From assembly GCA_002189035.1 (NCBI GenBank), contig NEEC01000012.1:682001-746000 (forward strand): DNA of 64,000 bases. The letters are read 5' to 3'. Source of the DNA: Utricularia gibba. Its lineage: Eukaryota > Plantae > Magnoliophyta. Both the position numbers and the translations under genes were made by a program. Under the pieces are notes generated by a model. The model did not search any database. It saw only the letters and a program-made list of their open reading frames with translations, and was not told the origin of the DNA. Numbering within the stretch: position 1 is the first letter of the stretch; every line of letters begins with the position of its first letter. This document shows, one piece after another, positions 39,373-53,835 of the stretch.

Positions 39373-40974
39373 GGAACACGATCAATCAATATTTTCTGTT
39401 CAGAACGCAGAATCCAAGTGAAGAACCGTCCCCCGGTAATATTCAACGGAAAAGAACAACTCGAAGAACGCAAATAGACTTCTTCCCCAATGAACAGAAA
39501 GAACAGAAGGAATGCAACAACACTATTCAATCTGGAAGCTGCAATGGCATCTCCGGGAAAAGAAAAAGAATCTCCAACCGGAGGCAAAATGCAAAATCGC
39601 CTAATTCAGGATCCACAAGAAACCGCTGCAGCATAAAAGCAAGAAATAATTGAGGGAAGTCCAGAAATGAATCAAGATTTAAGCTTCACGCAAACCAACG
39701 AAAACCCAGAGCGACGGCGAGAAGAAGCAGGCAATCTCAACATCTTTTCTCATCTGCGTGGAGGCCGATGAACCCTAAACACAGTGGGGCTTGCATAAAC
39801 GAATGGCTGTGGAATTCTATCGCGTCCGTGATAGCGGAAGGTGTAAGCAAAAACCCAGAGCGGTTAACAGAAGGCAGAATGGGAGGAGAAAAAGAGAGAC
39901 CGAATAACCGCGGTTGAAGCCATAAGCACTGAAATTCTTCTGATTTTGTTCACCAATCACTTTTTTCACTGCTGACTGCGTCTTCCTCCTTGAGAAAACT
40001 ACTCAGTACTCAGTTTCGCTTTTGGTCCGGCCCATTTGGTTGGGACATCTGACACCAAAATACTCATAAAGCACTGCAATGAATGACCAAATCATCCTTT
40101 TGGCTTTAAACAATTGGGGGATTCACTTAATCCAAAATGTAATGATGAGGAAGCATGCATAAAAAAGGCATTACAAACGGGAGTGATAGGGGATAGATCT
40201 AGTGTAATCGGCTTCCAAAAGGCTGCAAAAAGAGATTCTGAGGGGATAATGCCAGTCGACATACCGATATCTGTCATAAATCTGATAGGTATGGCCATAT
40301 AACACAGTCTGAAAAGTGGCCGAATTACGGCATAACAAGCGGCCGATATCTTAAAAGCAAAATCGTATAGCAGGTGTAGAAAGCAAGCGACATTTGCAGA
40401 TGTCAGGATTCGGTCAGATTGAGCTCTTCTATAAAAGAATGAACTATGACGAAAAGGGGGTTGGACTCTGAGAACTCTTCAACTTGTATCCTTTTCTTGG
40501 CCACCTCCGTCTAGTGGAAATATTTTCCGGTAAGCTCCAATAGCTCCGTGGTTTTTCCCCCTTCCGGCGGTTTCCCGTAAAAATCTTTGTTTACTCTCAT
40601 TTCAACCAAACCAACCGTGAAAAGCGCAACTAAGTGTTATATTCCCGATTGCACTTATCACCCTAAAATCGGTCCCCCATCGGACATCGATTTTACTCAC
40701 TACAGGGAGAATCGCACACTCAAAAAATATCAATGTTTTAGTTTGGTTTTTATTTGTGTCATAGCACTAACACTAGAAAATATTTATGATATAGTAATGA
40801 TATATACACGCTGTATTTAAATATCTGACACTTTCCTATTAAAACTCTAATTTCTAAGAAGTTGTCCAGTTTATTATCTATTTGAGGAAATAATTATTGA
40901 CGATACCTACAAAATATTACATTTGGATTGTGTTATCGAATTTATTTTAAAATGAAGAAATACATTAACTAAAA

Positions 40975-42234
40975 CATCTACGAAATTGTTTAGACAATGA
41001 TTCTCACGATTGATGTAATGAGATTACTAGAACCTATGTGTGGATGTCGATTAGATAATCGATTCACTGGATGACCCGTCTTCGAGATGCTATTATGGGA
41101 AGTTAATCAAGTGTCAGTAGCAAGATCTCGAATATGACAGCCGTGCAAGTAAGCTTAGACTTGAGGTCAACAAAGTTATCTTGATTTTAAACTCACATTT
41201 TTTGCTCATTACTAATGGGAGTCTAACCATGGCTTGCCTAGTATGGATGAGTACAGATGTGACTCCTTAAGGTTTGAGGTAGTTGATTGATTAATAAAGG
41301 ATTCATCACTCATGCTAGCGATGAGATCATATCTCAAGTAATTGTATCAAAGCCTAACAGTAAGTCCTAGGCCCAGGGTAATGACACTCGAATTGTTTGA
41401 GTAGGTCATTGAGTATTAGTGCTTAAATGCAATTATAAGTTCAATATATTAGAAAAACACACAACCATGTTCTGGTATCGAATGAGATATTAGTATGATG
41501 AAAGTTATTTATTGCATGGTAGCTGGTCATGGAAAAGATCAATCAGTTCACCTGATTATTCTTTAATTTTGGGGATCATGATATGTTGCTAGACATCACT
41601 CATTATCGATAATGATGGATTTGATTAATTAAGAGTTAATTAATAAATCCATTATTACAGCATTGATTGAAGAAGCCTATAGGGTCACACACAATAGTGG
41701 AGTCACTCATCGATATAAAATAGAATAACACAATTACATGAGATGTAATTGGTCAAGTGGATAAATTAAATAGAGAGTTATTTTGAGATTAATATTGATT
41801 AAACTCAAAATAAAAGATCTCATATAGATAAGATTTGGAATATATACATATCTCCACAAGATAAGATCTTTACGGAGATTTGATTTAATATGTCACTAAA
41901 TATTTATCAAAAGATTTAGATCTATAGATCTGCTTCCTATCATCTTCATGCTCTCTGAGACTGATACACAAGGGGGCGATTTTCTCTACTAGCATCTGAG
42001 GAATTCGACCAGCATTCTATAGCTTTGAGAAGGTTATCGATGGAGTGCTTCACGTGTGGATACCATAGAGGCCGTTTGCTATTGGCGGTTGGTGAACAAC
42101 GGAGTGCGCTGAAAGGTATTTTCAACATCCGCTTATTTGATGTATACCATATTCCAAGATTTGCGTTGGGGTTTCTAAAAAATTTTTAAATTCCGCTGCT
42201 TTTGTAACATACGATGTCTACGAGAAACCCAACA
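40975..42234 (+). mobile_element. 5'-truncated Angela-like LTR
   Basis: Homologous to the other Angela LTRs from ~40975; ends GAGAAACCCAACA at 42234; the 5' terminus is missing. Confidence 0.85.
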
Positions 42235-43799
42235 GTCTCATGTCCATGTGTTATGCATAAACCACATCTATATGTGTGCACATGGGCATGGATAATGTAT
42301 AACCTATGGTCGTGTGTTTTTCTGATATCTTATAAGCATGGTTTATATTTTTAAAATAATTTTTTGAATTATGTATAAGTAATAATAGAAATTACTATGA
42401 AAATAATAACTTTTATTTATGAAAACATTATCATTCACCAAACTTTTTTTCTAAAATAGAAATTGTATGCTAGGGGAATCGTGGGTTATACGGTGTTGTT
42501 GCTATTCTCGGTTTCGAACTATCATGTCGATTAGATATTAAGTGTCTAACTCGAACTATCAAGATGTTGATGCCATGCATTTCCCTTTTGTATGAGGTCA
42601 ATTGTCTAAATGTTGGAATGTCATTATTATTATCTCATGACATCAATAGGTTGTCTTGTCTTCAAGGTGGTAAAAATTGTTTTTGGTTTTGTGATACCTC
42701 TTTTAACTCGAGTGAATGACTCTTTTCTATGTGACCCTTGTGTTCTAATTGAATGATGTCTTTCATGATTTTGATAATCTATTGCACTTTGGTGACATGT
42801 TTCCTTACAATGACCACATTTATTCTCTTTTTGTTCAAGATCAACATGAAATCTAAATGTATCTAGAGTCTATTAGATTCATCTCGATAAGGATAACACC
42901 CTTTCCCACCATAAGTTTGTTTCATAATACAAGTTTTATAAAATGGATTTGTTTTTGTTCGCCGATTGATGCTAAACCTATGGCATGTCTAAAAAGTTAA
43001 TATAGTATTAGATATATATAGTAAAAATTATATGTATTAATCTAAAACTTACTATTTGTACATAGAGACACATAATCATTTATATCTGTCAAAAACTGCA
43101 ATTGCATGCTTCATCCTATAGATTTACTCTATAAGCTTGAGAGTAGTGTATTCAAACTTCAATCACTTTACACTTCATTTTCACATTTTTGTATCGGTTA
43201 CACAAAAATTTTGAACGATTTTCTCATGATCTCTATAGATCGTCTCAATTTTATCAACAAAATATTTTTCATGTGATAGATAATTTGTTGTATTTTGTCT
43301 CCCTTTCTTAAAATAATAGAATTCCTTCTTGAATGTTACTTGAAATACATGTAATACACATGTTGTTAAATTGTTTACCTTCCTTTATAAAATACTGAAA
43401 AATGGTATTTTTGTATGCATTAATATAGATACCAAACATTTTCTCAGAAAAAATGTTGTTAAAATGAATCACTAAATTCTAGTACGACACTTACATATCT
43501 ATTCTTTTGAAAGTACTGTTCTTTTTATTTTCAATAAATAAAATAAAATCGATTTTACTTTTGCAAAAGCAGTAGGAGGCAAACGCCTGGCTCTCTTTAG
43601 TATATAATTCAATACTTCAACATGATTTGTCGTCATTGTGGTGTATTTGTGTAAAAAAAAAAATTAGAAAAATATTTATATAATTTAATTAATAAAAAAT
43701 TACTACATACCTCTTTCCTCTATAATATAGCAACGTTCATTGATCAAATGGAACCTTCATCATGTATGTATAGGCACCTAGGTATGATATTTTCAATAC

Positions 43800-45000
43800 A
43801 TTCATCTTTTGATTAAAACCTGTTTTTGTTCAAGCCACTACAGTAGACCATATCAAATCTTTGAGACTTGATGTCATTTTCTTATTATTATTTGTAGCAC
43901 AATTACTTCTCAAAAGGTATAGACACCATTTATGGTTCTTGAGTGAAGGGCTAAATAGGCAAACATTCACGTTAGTTACAAGTAGTCCAAATCCTCTATC
44001 ACTTATAATACATACTTGTTGTGTGCCTACAATATAGATATTCAACAGGTGAAGAAACCATGTCCAACACGAACCATTCTATGATGAAACAAATGCATAT
44101 GCAATAGATAAAATATGTGTTTTTTACATCAATTTGGCACCGATACCAAAAACTTGTACTTGTAACCACTATGCAAATGTATCGCATCAACACAAACCAT
44201 TGCCTACAATGTTCGAATGCTACAATTGTGAATACAAATGCCCCAAATAACTATCATATATCACTGTCTACTTTATTTTAAAATTCTACAACTATTCCGG
44301 GATTCTGACGACAAACTTATCAATATATCTAAGTAATTGGGCACATTAATCATCTCAAGAGTCATAGTATAGTTCATATGTATGAGTCATAGTATACTTT
44401 ATTTTAAAATTCTACAACTATTTCGAGTTGCCAATAAATTATTGTAAAATGAAATTTTTCTTTCACAAAGACTTGTATTTGTCTAGCTATAATCTTCTTA
44501 TTAGGATTATATATCAAATGAATCACTCGGGGAGCAATGTAGTCACATGTGAGATTCACATGATTACTAGCTAATGATGATGTTGATCTACAATTGTGTG
44601 GGTCAGCATACATAGAAATTTTTCATGTTCTAGTTCTTTTTTAGTCCCAACATTCAAAGACCATTGGCAATCCAGTTGCACGAACTCAAAGGCATATAAG
44701 GCACTATTCACCCACCTAACTTTATATTCTCACTTCATCTTGATGTTGAATCTCTTAATTGCATCTTTGAGAGCTTTTTTATCCTTGAAATGCATGCCAA
44801 CGACAAATCCCATAGTCAGTATCTGTAGAAGCATCTTGCCACATTGATGATGGTGAGGATAATTCTTCTTCCAAGAGCTTCATATTCTATTAGTAACTAT
44901 ATTAGTTATGCTATCAGCACACATGTCATCAATGTCGCTTCATATGTAAGTTGGATCATCAATCTTGTCATTGCCTTCATTCAAAGGATGATTTGGGTTA
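43800..45000 (-). mobile_element. Highly degraded MuDR/MULE transposase remnant
   Basis: FVVGMHFKDKKALKDAIKRFNI (MuDR domain, ~44640-44815) and CIISDRG..HKWCLYLLRSN (43830-44045). Confidence 0.7.
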
Positions 45001-45157
45001 CAAGCTATAACCAAGTAATTATGTAAAAAATAATTTAGATAAGCACAAGAAACAAAATAAGTTCAAATAAAAATTAACCATTTTGAAAAGAAGGTTTGTC
45101 ATACACTATGGAGTTCACACTAAAATTCTTAGAATAATAACCTTGAGCAATCATATC

Positions 45158-48100
45158 TGATAAACTGAAATTCCTATTATCGTTGCAATAAAAATAGAAT
45201 TCCGTATAAATCCTCACAAGATACAAATCAAACACAAAATATAAAGTGGAATTCGAGGTCGATCACAATAAGCTTGTACTTGCTAAGTGTTTCAACAGAT
45301 ACAGATTTCATAATAACAATGGTTCTTAGTCTAAGCTCAAACTAACAATAGTAAATAACTTCAAGTCTCAACAATGGAAATAACAGATAATGGTTCTAGT
45401 ACAAAGTTATAATAAGATGCCTTAAGAGTGTGCTGGTGATGTGGTATTAAGATGCCTAAATTAATCTACCATGTTCCTATACACACAACTCCAAATAACT
45501 TAGGTTTACTCAAGTCATTCATCATGTTTTCGGATAATATAGTCCCCAATATTATCACCAACATCACAATTAGATCTAACCGCATGCAAAGTGTATAGAA
45601 CAAGGTTTACCCGATTGTACCCTAGACTAATAACTACTATCCCCGCCTTGATTTATTGATCTACCTCTAAATCAAACATCTGAGTTGCAAAGCTACTTGT
45701 TTCCCTCCTTAGGTCTACTCATAGAATGATAGAAACAAATGTTAAGAAACAATAATAAATCATATTATACACCCTAGCCCCCACATCATCATTCTACTTC
45801 TTAAGACATCTACTAAGGCTTAGCTACTCATATATGAAAGGTAAAGTATAATATCATTAAGAAAAACTAAAGAAAATAGCAAAGACATTGTAAAAAAATA
45901 GTCAAAGTAATGAAATATCCAGCAAACTAAATATAAAGTAGAGTATTTTGTTCGCAATTTGCTACTGTTCACTGTCGGGAACAATAGCGTTAAATTGGGT
46001 TTTTGATGGTATTCTTCAATTCTTTGGTCTTCCTTCTGGAGAAATCATCTTCATCTTCCTTCCTTCATGTTCTTTCTCTCCCTCATGGCATCTTGTTGCC
46101 TTTCCCTCCTTCTCTCTCAAAATATCTTCACTTATTTTTTCCCATTTTTCAAAGTTAGTACACTGTTCCTAACATCCTTACTATTGCTGCAGACTCTGGG
46201 CAGCTGAATATTATTCAAATCTCCTTCTTGTATCTTGTGCCCATCAACTTGTGCATACAAACTAGTTAAATTTGATCCATAATGCTGCCACTAACATTTA
46301 TAAGTACATTAGAAATCATATTTTTACATAAAAATACAAATAACACTATAATTAACAGAATATTAAAAAAATAATTAAAATACATAATTTTATCATAAAA
46401 CATCTCAATTTTAAAAACCTAAAGACACTAATAAAATGCGTGTTATCACACTATGCTACAACGATACTAGACTTGTCCTCAACTCCGAACTAAGACTAAT
46501 AGAATCCTGCTTTCAAAATTATTTCATGATAGACATGAATGACCATGTTTAGATTTCAGATGCATGAACCACATATGTGCTTGTGTGCAAAACATGTAAT
46601 ACTCTAGCATGTATGAATAGATTTTTCTTGGAGAGTGCTTTTAAAGATTAAAACAATGAATTAACATATTCAAAACAAGCAAAAGATTGTGATTGCCAAC
46701 TCAGTGTGTTTTTTTTTCGTCCCTTCCATATATCCCCCTTTTTTATATATGAGACAGTGAATGAACAAACATTTCAGAATCAATTTAGGCATAATTTGAA
46801 GACCTTTTTTAATACAAAGAGTGTTGACCAAGCAATCTCATCTTATAACTTTAGGTCTACCTTCACTCCTCTAAACAAATTCATCCTTGGTTATTCATTC
46901 ACTTCTCAATGAGTCTACACATGCTTTTCAATTGTGTGCTATATTTTAGACTCAGGTCTCATCGCTTTTCAAATGATGATGCTTTTCTTGACTCTTATTC
47001 TCTTCTCTTTTTTTTGTTCACAGCAATCACTGATCCTTGCAGCAATGAAATATATTAACTCATGCAAATAAATCTAAACTGCACTCTCTAGGTTCCTCTA
47101 ATCATGCTTGCACTCACATAAAAAAACGATTAAGAATTATGCTCACAAGGATTCAAAAGGCTTTAGAAAAAGCTCATATGGCCTAATCATCACAAGGCTT
47201 TCATATTCAATCATTGAATTATTCAAAACAGGATCTGGAATACCAAGTAAAAACGAAATATACAAAAACAGAAAAATAGCTCCTAGCATAGACTAATAGA
47301 TATGATCTTTCTTAGAGACAAACATGATACTGAGATAAACCTAACCAAATTAAATGAAGCAGCAAGTTACTTGTGTAGGGAGGAGTCATTCACTCCATGT
47401 TTAAGTCTCTTCTTTCTTGAATCCAATATCCACTTTATCACTGATCGTTCAAGCTTCTTTAAATAACACAAAGAGTGTAGAAGCATGATTGTCCTGCTTT
47501 ACCACTGATGCGCTATCACAGATTTCTACAATTTTCCTAAGACAAATCTATTTCCCTTTGCTTTGTTGGTTCATCAATTTTTCAGAAATTAAACACTAAA
47601 GCTTGATCCTCATGCCAACATAAAAAAATCCAAATCATAAACTCCATCAATATATGTGGAATTTAAAAACAACCATGTTGTGCTAATTTAAACATGAAAG
47701 TCATAAACTTAGCTGTGGGTTGCCTCCCACAAGCGTCCTTATTTTTGGTCTTGGACTCAACTATCTTTGAGACTATGTTTTTGCAATATCTTCAAATGTA
47801 GTATCTTTGAGCCTCATTCTCAAAAGTCAATAAGAATTATTCAACATTTCAAAGACTCCATTCTTGTATTTCCTCCATCAAAAAGGATCATCCCAAAGGC
47901 CGCATTATTCATCATTAAAAAACATGCTCATTTCATGGCATTCATTTCCAACTGGTATAATTCCTGCAGTAATAAAATTAACAATATCAGTAGAATCTCG
48001 CTCCCAATTTGTAATCTTACCTGAGAATAGTTTTTCGTTGGGAAACGCATCTGCAATTATGCCAACATCTTCAATCCTGTCAATTTTCCTAGAGCAATGA

Positions 48101-51100
48101 AAAAAAACATTCGTCTCTTCAATATTATCCAAAATTTCTTTTGAATTCTTGATGAATTCCTCAAACAAGGTTGTTTTTTTATCCAAGGTGAGACCATTAG
48201 AAGTAATTATAGAATTTTCTTGCTTATCATTCATCGAAATTTCTTGCATGTGAGCATCCAATGGCTTTTGATTCGAGATTTTCTCTTCTTGTTCACCTCC
48301 AGGAGCACTCAAATACTCAAACTTTGTCTCAATGTTTGCATTCTCAAGAAATAATTCTTCATATTCTTTTCCCTCATTATCAATTTCTTCCTTCAAATAT
48401 TCTCCAACAAAATTTTTGGTTGGCTCCATAGAACAAACTCCTTCAAAATCTATTGGAGAGTTTATAACATCCTTCATGTGAAGTGTGATCTTTTCTTCAT
48501 CAAGAGACATCTCAATTGTCCTCATCTTCAAATTGATAATAGCATTGGATGTGCTCAAAAATGGTCTACCCAAAATTCTGGTAGTGTCATTTGATCCTTT
48601 AATAGGCATATTGATTACATAAAAGTCAACTAGAAATATCAGATCTTCAATTCGAATTAAGACATCTTCTACCAAACCTTTGGGAGCATTGACACTTCAA
48701 TCCACCAATTCAATTTGTACTCCAGATGCTTGCAAGGGTCCCAATCTAAGAGCTTCATAAACTGAATATGACATCATATTAACAAAAGCTCCTAAATCAG
48801 CCATGGCTCTTCTGATATTCAAATCTCCAATCTTGTAAGGAATGAAAAATGTACATAGATCCTTGCATTTTTCAGGAAGCTTTTAAGTGAGTAATGTTGA
48901 ACAAGTCTCACTTAAAAATACCTTTCCTTTTTCCTTTATTTTGGGTTTGGATATGCAAAGGTTCTTCAAATATTTCACACTTTTTGGCACCATAGAAATA
49001 TAGTCCAAAATAGTTAAATTAAGTTGAGCATTACCCAAGATCTTCAAAATCTTCTCATTTTCATCTTGTGCTTCTTTTGTTTTCAACTTTTTATGAAATG
49101 GAGGTTGAATGATCTTCACTTTAAGAGGGTCCTGATAAACTGCCACTTCTTCCTTGTCTTTAATCGCTACACTAAATTCTTGCTTCTCATCCATCTCAGT
49201 CTCAGATCAGGTTAAGTCTCTGTCAGGATTCTCCTTGTTCCTCAATATCATGGCGTTGTAGTTCAATCTTCCACAAGAATTTGAGCATGATGTTGTTTGT
49301 TTCCCTTTCCTTTTCAATTCCCCAAGCTTCAACGTAAATTGACTCAATTGAGTCTCCAAATTCTTGATAGATTTTATATTTTCATCTTCAATTCTTGTTG
49401 ATTGCACCTAGAATATTTTCATCATTTCTTCCCATGAATTTCCAGTAATCCCTCCAGCATTGCTTTCATTTGAGCCTTCAAACTGCTGCTAGTTTTGTCT
49501 TTGAAATGGAGGTGCCTGAAAGGATCTTTGCCTCTGAAAATTCTGCTACCCCATTGTTGAGCTTTCTCCTTTGTAGGAATTTTCATTGTTGCTCCAATAA
49601 AAATTTGGATGATCCCTCCAACCTGGGTTGTATGTATTTAAATATAGATCATATTTACTCCTCTGTTGGGGCTCCAAATATCCCTTAACCTTGACATGCT
49701 TTTCTTCAAATAAATCAGGGCACTTCTCCACAATATGCCCTATTTTGTGACAGTTTCCTCACAACATATTTTTAGCTTGAAATAAGAATAGCTCCTTCAT
49801 CATTTCTTATCAGCATGTCAGCGGCCCTTCTACTAGGAAAAGATGGGGCAAGCTCTTTGCTAGCATCACTGTCTTGTTTGATGATGTCTGAATCACATAA
49901 TAATGAGACATGCTCCGGTTTAGGATTTTCAGAGATGTGACCAATGCTTGGCTCTAATGTAAAACTCAAATTGTCATCTCTAAAACCCTAGGCTTACTGT
50001 CCATTTCGTATACTCTTTTATTTGAGGCCTGCTTTCTGATAATATGCTTGTAATGCTCAGCCAACTCCTTAGCAAGGAAAGAGCTTCGGTTGGTGTCTTT
50101 TTCCTTAAAAATCCTCCCACCATTGACTCTACCATAGCTCTATCGGTGCACAAGAGTCCATCATAGAAATATTTGACCAAAGCATTGGTCTTAAAACCAT
50201 GGTGTAGGCAGGAACTCAAAAGATGATTGAATTTTTCCCAATATTTATGCAATAATTCTCCACTCATTTGTTCAACATCACTAATCTCTTTTCTTATCCT
50301 TTTAGCTTTGGAAGCTGGAAAATATTTGCTTAAAAACATCTTCTTCATTCCAACCCAATCAATTATGCTTCCAAGCTTTAGCGAGTTGAACCACGTTTTA
50401 GCTCTTCCTTCCAAAAGTAAATTGGAAGGCTCTCAAACAGATTGAATCTTTAGTCATTCCAGCTCCCTTGAATGATATACACATTGCTATCACATTGTCT
50501 AGATGCTTATAGGGGTTTTCTCCAATTTTTCCATATAACTTGGACAAAAAATTGATCATTGCTGGTTTCACCTCGTTTGCTCCATCCTCTAGAAATTTGA
50601 TGCATAGACCCTTGTAAGTGTGATCAGCAACATCTAATTCGTTCAAGGTCGTCTCAGGTTCAGCCATTCTAAAATCGCTATTGGTCTCGAGTGGGAGCAG
50701 CTTCGATTTGCTTGCCTCCCTCACTTTTACTTGCATAAGAAGAACGTAAATGCATCAACTAAAAACACAAAACAATTAAATATCGCTCCCTGGCAACAAC
50801 GCCAATTTGATAAATTGAAATTCCTATTATCATTGCAATAAAATAGAATTATGTATCAAATAAATTTGTAATCACTAATCCTCACAAAATACAAATTAAA
50901 TACAAAATGTAAAGTGGAATTCGGGGTCAATCACAAGGAGCTTGTGCTTGTTAAGTGTTTCAGCAGATGCAGATTTTGAAATAACAATGATTCTTAGTCT
51001 AAGCTCAAATCAACAACGGTAGGTAAGTTCAATGAATAGGATGAAGTCTCAATGCTGAAAATAACATATACTAATTTTAATACAAAGTAATACTAAGATG

Positions 51101-52170
51101 CCTTAAGGATCTGCAGTTGGTATGATGCTAAGATACCTAATTTAATTTACTATTTTTTTATACTTACAACTTTACACAATCTAAGTCTACCAAGGTCATT
51201 TAGCATGTTTTTGGTTCATATAGTCTCCATTATCATCTCTAACATTGCAATTGTATATAGAACTAGATCTACATGGTTCTATTAGTTCTACCCTAAACTA
51301 ATACCTACTGCTCTCACCTTGATTTGTTGGTCTACCTCTAAATTAAGCATCTAAGTTGCAAAGCTACTTATTCCCCTCCTTAGGTCTACGCATGGAATGA
51401 TAGAAACATGAATTAAGAAGCAAATATAAATTCCATTATTAACCCTAGACCCACACCACCATGATTTGATTTAAGGCACCCCTAAAGTTTCAGTTATTCA
51501 TGCTTGGAAGGTAAAACAAAATGTCATTAAGATTAAATAGCCAAAGTAACGGAAACATTGTGTGGAAGTTTATCACATAAACTAAAAATATTCAGCAAGC
51601 AAAAATGAAGAAAAAGATTGTTCTTGCTTCCTTTTGTTACTGTTTACTACCCGGAATAGTAGCACTGAACTGGGCCTTGGTGGTATTCCTAAGGATGAAG
51701 CTCTTCTTCTCCTCTTCTGGTTAGTGTTCTTTTGTGTCGAAGGAGAAGCCCACTGTTTGTTGATCTGCTTTTTTTCGAGCTCCCTCACTGTGGGGTCTCT
51801 CTCTCCTCCAAAGAGATCACCCCTTCTTTACTCCAATACATTGTTCCTAACACCGGTATTGTTCTCGACCTGAACTTGCAGACTGCAAGCGGCAGAACAA
51901 TGCTCTTTGTTTCCCTTCGAATGTTGCGCCCCTTTAACTTGATTCACATGTCTTTGAATCTGATTTGATGCTAATCCTCCTGCTGAACTTAATTAAACAT
52001 TAGTAACAAAGGTGATGGACTAAATCAAATGATTTAGTCCACTTTTCAACATAAACACAAAATTAACATAAACAACACATAAAACATGAAGAACCACACA
52101 AACCTAACCTAAACCTAAGTAAAACATAATAATTTTGCATTATAAAACGCAAAGAAAACATGTGTCATCA
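45158..52170 (-). mobile_element. Athila-family deletion derivative: two LTRs (45158-46448, 50808-52170), PBS, gag and protease, no RT
   Basis: Related LTR pair with TG..CA ends; PBS TGGCGTTGTTGCCAGGGA (minus strand, ~50787-50804); gag/AP homologous to 1-3500; only an RH/INT linker remnant (DAFPNEKLF, WDDPF) remains. No TSD match (ATATC vs TCGTC). Confidence 0.85.
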
Positions 52171-52439
52171 TCGTCAAAACACCGGAATATACGAGTTATT
52201 TCCCCTACATTTTTATGTGCAATACCATACATATTTTCTTAGAAGATGAAATACATCCAGCCCATGAGTCCAACAAAATGCCAAAAGTGCACAACAAATT
52301 TAAGATCCACGTTCAGATGCTAGACTACACACAATCAGATCTCTTTCGCAATCACTTGAGGCAACCTCGCAGGGTTAGAGATAATCATCTCTGCTATGGA
52401 AACGTTAGATTGCAGAAAGTTGCATCGGCATACCTCTAA

Positions 52440-53835
52440 TGATCTCCCCTCCTTAACGCTGATTGTCCACCAACTCTCACGCTTGCTGCACCACTGTTAA
52501 TCCCAAGTGACGTTGCTCCTTGCTTGTGCGCACATTCAGCTCCTTCATTTCTTTGAGGAACTGCATATCATCATCAATTTCCCCTCTACCCCCATCCACT
52601 TCGTCCAGATCGCCACGAGGAGTCAGTGCTATTATGTAACTCAAAGTCCCTACTGTCAAGGGTGACGTTCACACCCTCTGTATTACAACCAAATGGGTCA
52701 CAAGGTGTGTCAACATATGAAAAGTTCATATCTTATCCAATGGTATTTAAATCCAGGGGACAATCTGAAGATGCATCCAAATTCTCACCAACATCTTCAG
52801 AGAATTTTCTCTCCTTGGTCGCGCCTACATAGGTCGTAGTGTTATCTTCTGTAGCTCGACCCTTTCCAAAGATTTCCCGCCACTCCATGTAATACGTCCA
52901 TGCTTTGTATCTTAGTATGTGCAGCCTCGGTGTATGCTGTCATAACAACACAATAAGCACCGGATATAACACGGCGACTATAGGGCATATGTATCAAATC
53001 AATCTCCTTCCAGACCTCCTCGTTTGTGTCTATGGTGTAGGTTAGCTCACTGAAAAAGGTGCCCGACCTTGATAAAAAATCTATAAGGAGGTAATAGTCT
53101 TTTTTTCCACGTACACCTTGCTGGATATGTGTGGGTGTGTGCGGATGCCAATACCTGGGTGGAGTTTCAAGAACTCTATCTCTAACGCTCAATGATATCC
53201 ACCCCTGAAACCATTTTCAATTTTCCAGCCTTCTTTCACTATCTTCTTTAAAGCATACAACAAGTCCTTCTCCTCATCTGACTTCCAGGCCGACTTCATT
53301 TTTTTGGTGGAGTTTTCCACCACATTTGGACTATGCATACCTATGGTCTATACCAAAGGAAAGAAAACAGCAAGAACAAAGCAAAAACACCAATGACTTT
53401 CAGCAAGTAAATCCTAGAATCGATTATAAATTCAACAAATTTCAAGTGAGAAACTCCACACAACGAATGGTGTATGCAATTTGAAATCAACCCATGACTC
53501 AAAACCCTCAATTACTGGTGAAATCACTGGAGATCTCGTCGCACGGCAGCACCGCAACGAACCAAGTGTAAACTCAATGGAGAAAGGGAAAAATAAATTA
53601 TAATAAAAAGATGTAATAATTATTGGAAAAGGTTATATTGATAATTTCATATGAACATTTATCGCAAACCTAATTTTATACTCATATACCAAACGTATTT
53701 TAATCTTAAATCCAAATAATTGAAATTCATCAATCAAACACGAATAATTTTCTAAACCCATGAAATTCATTTATCAAAATCTTAATTAAACTAAACCCGA
53801 GTTTAGGTGTTACCCAACAACCAAACGTGGACTTA
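52440..53835 (-). mobile_element. PIF/Harbinger remnant: degenerate Myb/SANT-like ORF and one candidate TIR
   Basis: WKSDEEKDLLYALKKIVKEGWKIENGFRGGY..HPHISSK..KKDY..SG..EEVWKE with stops and frameshifts; candidate end CCAAACGTGGAC|TTA at 53821-53835. Confidence 0.6.

Noticed and set aside
39330-39587. 85-aa uORF overlapping the ROH1 start
   Set aside because: The ORF-track start is TTG, not ATG, and the peptide has no recognisable features.
40330-40700. Possible copia LTR fragment (TATA-like CTATAAAAG, U5-like GTGGTTTTTCCCC..CGTAAAAATCTT)
   Set aside because: No termini, TSD or second copy visible, so too weak to list as a feature.
28988-42234. CesA and ROH1 transduced inside an LTR retrotransposon
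   Set aside because: The left LTR is preceded by RNase H and a PPT, so it is a 3' LTR. The right LTR is 5'-truncated with no PPT, and there is no shared TSD. These look like two independent insertions.
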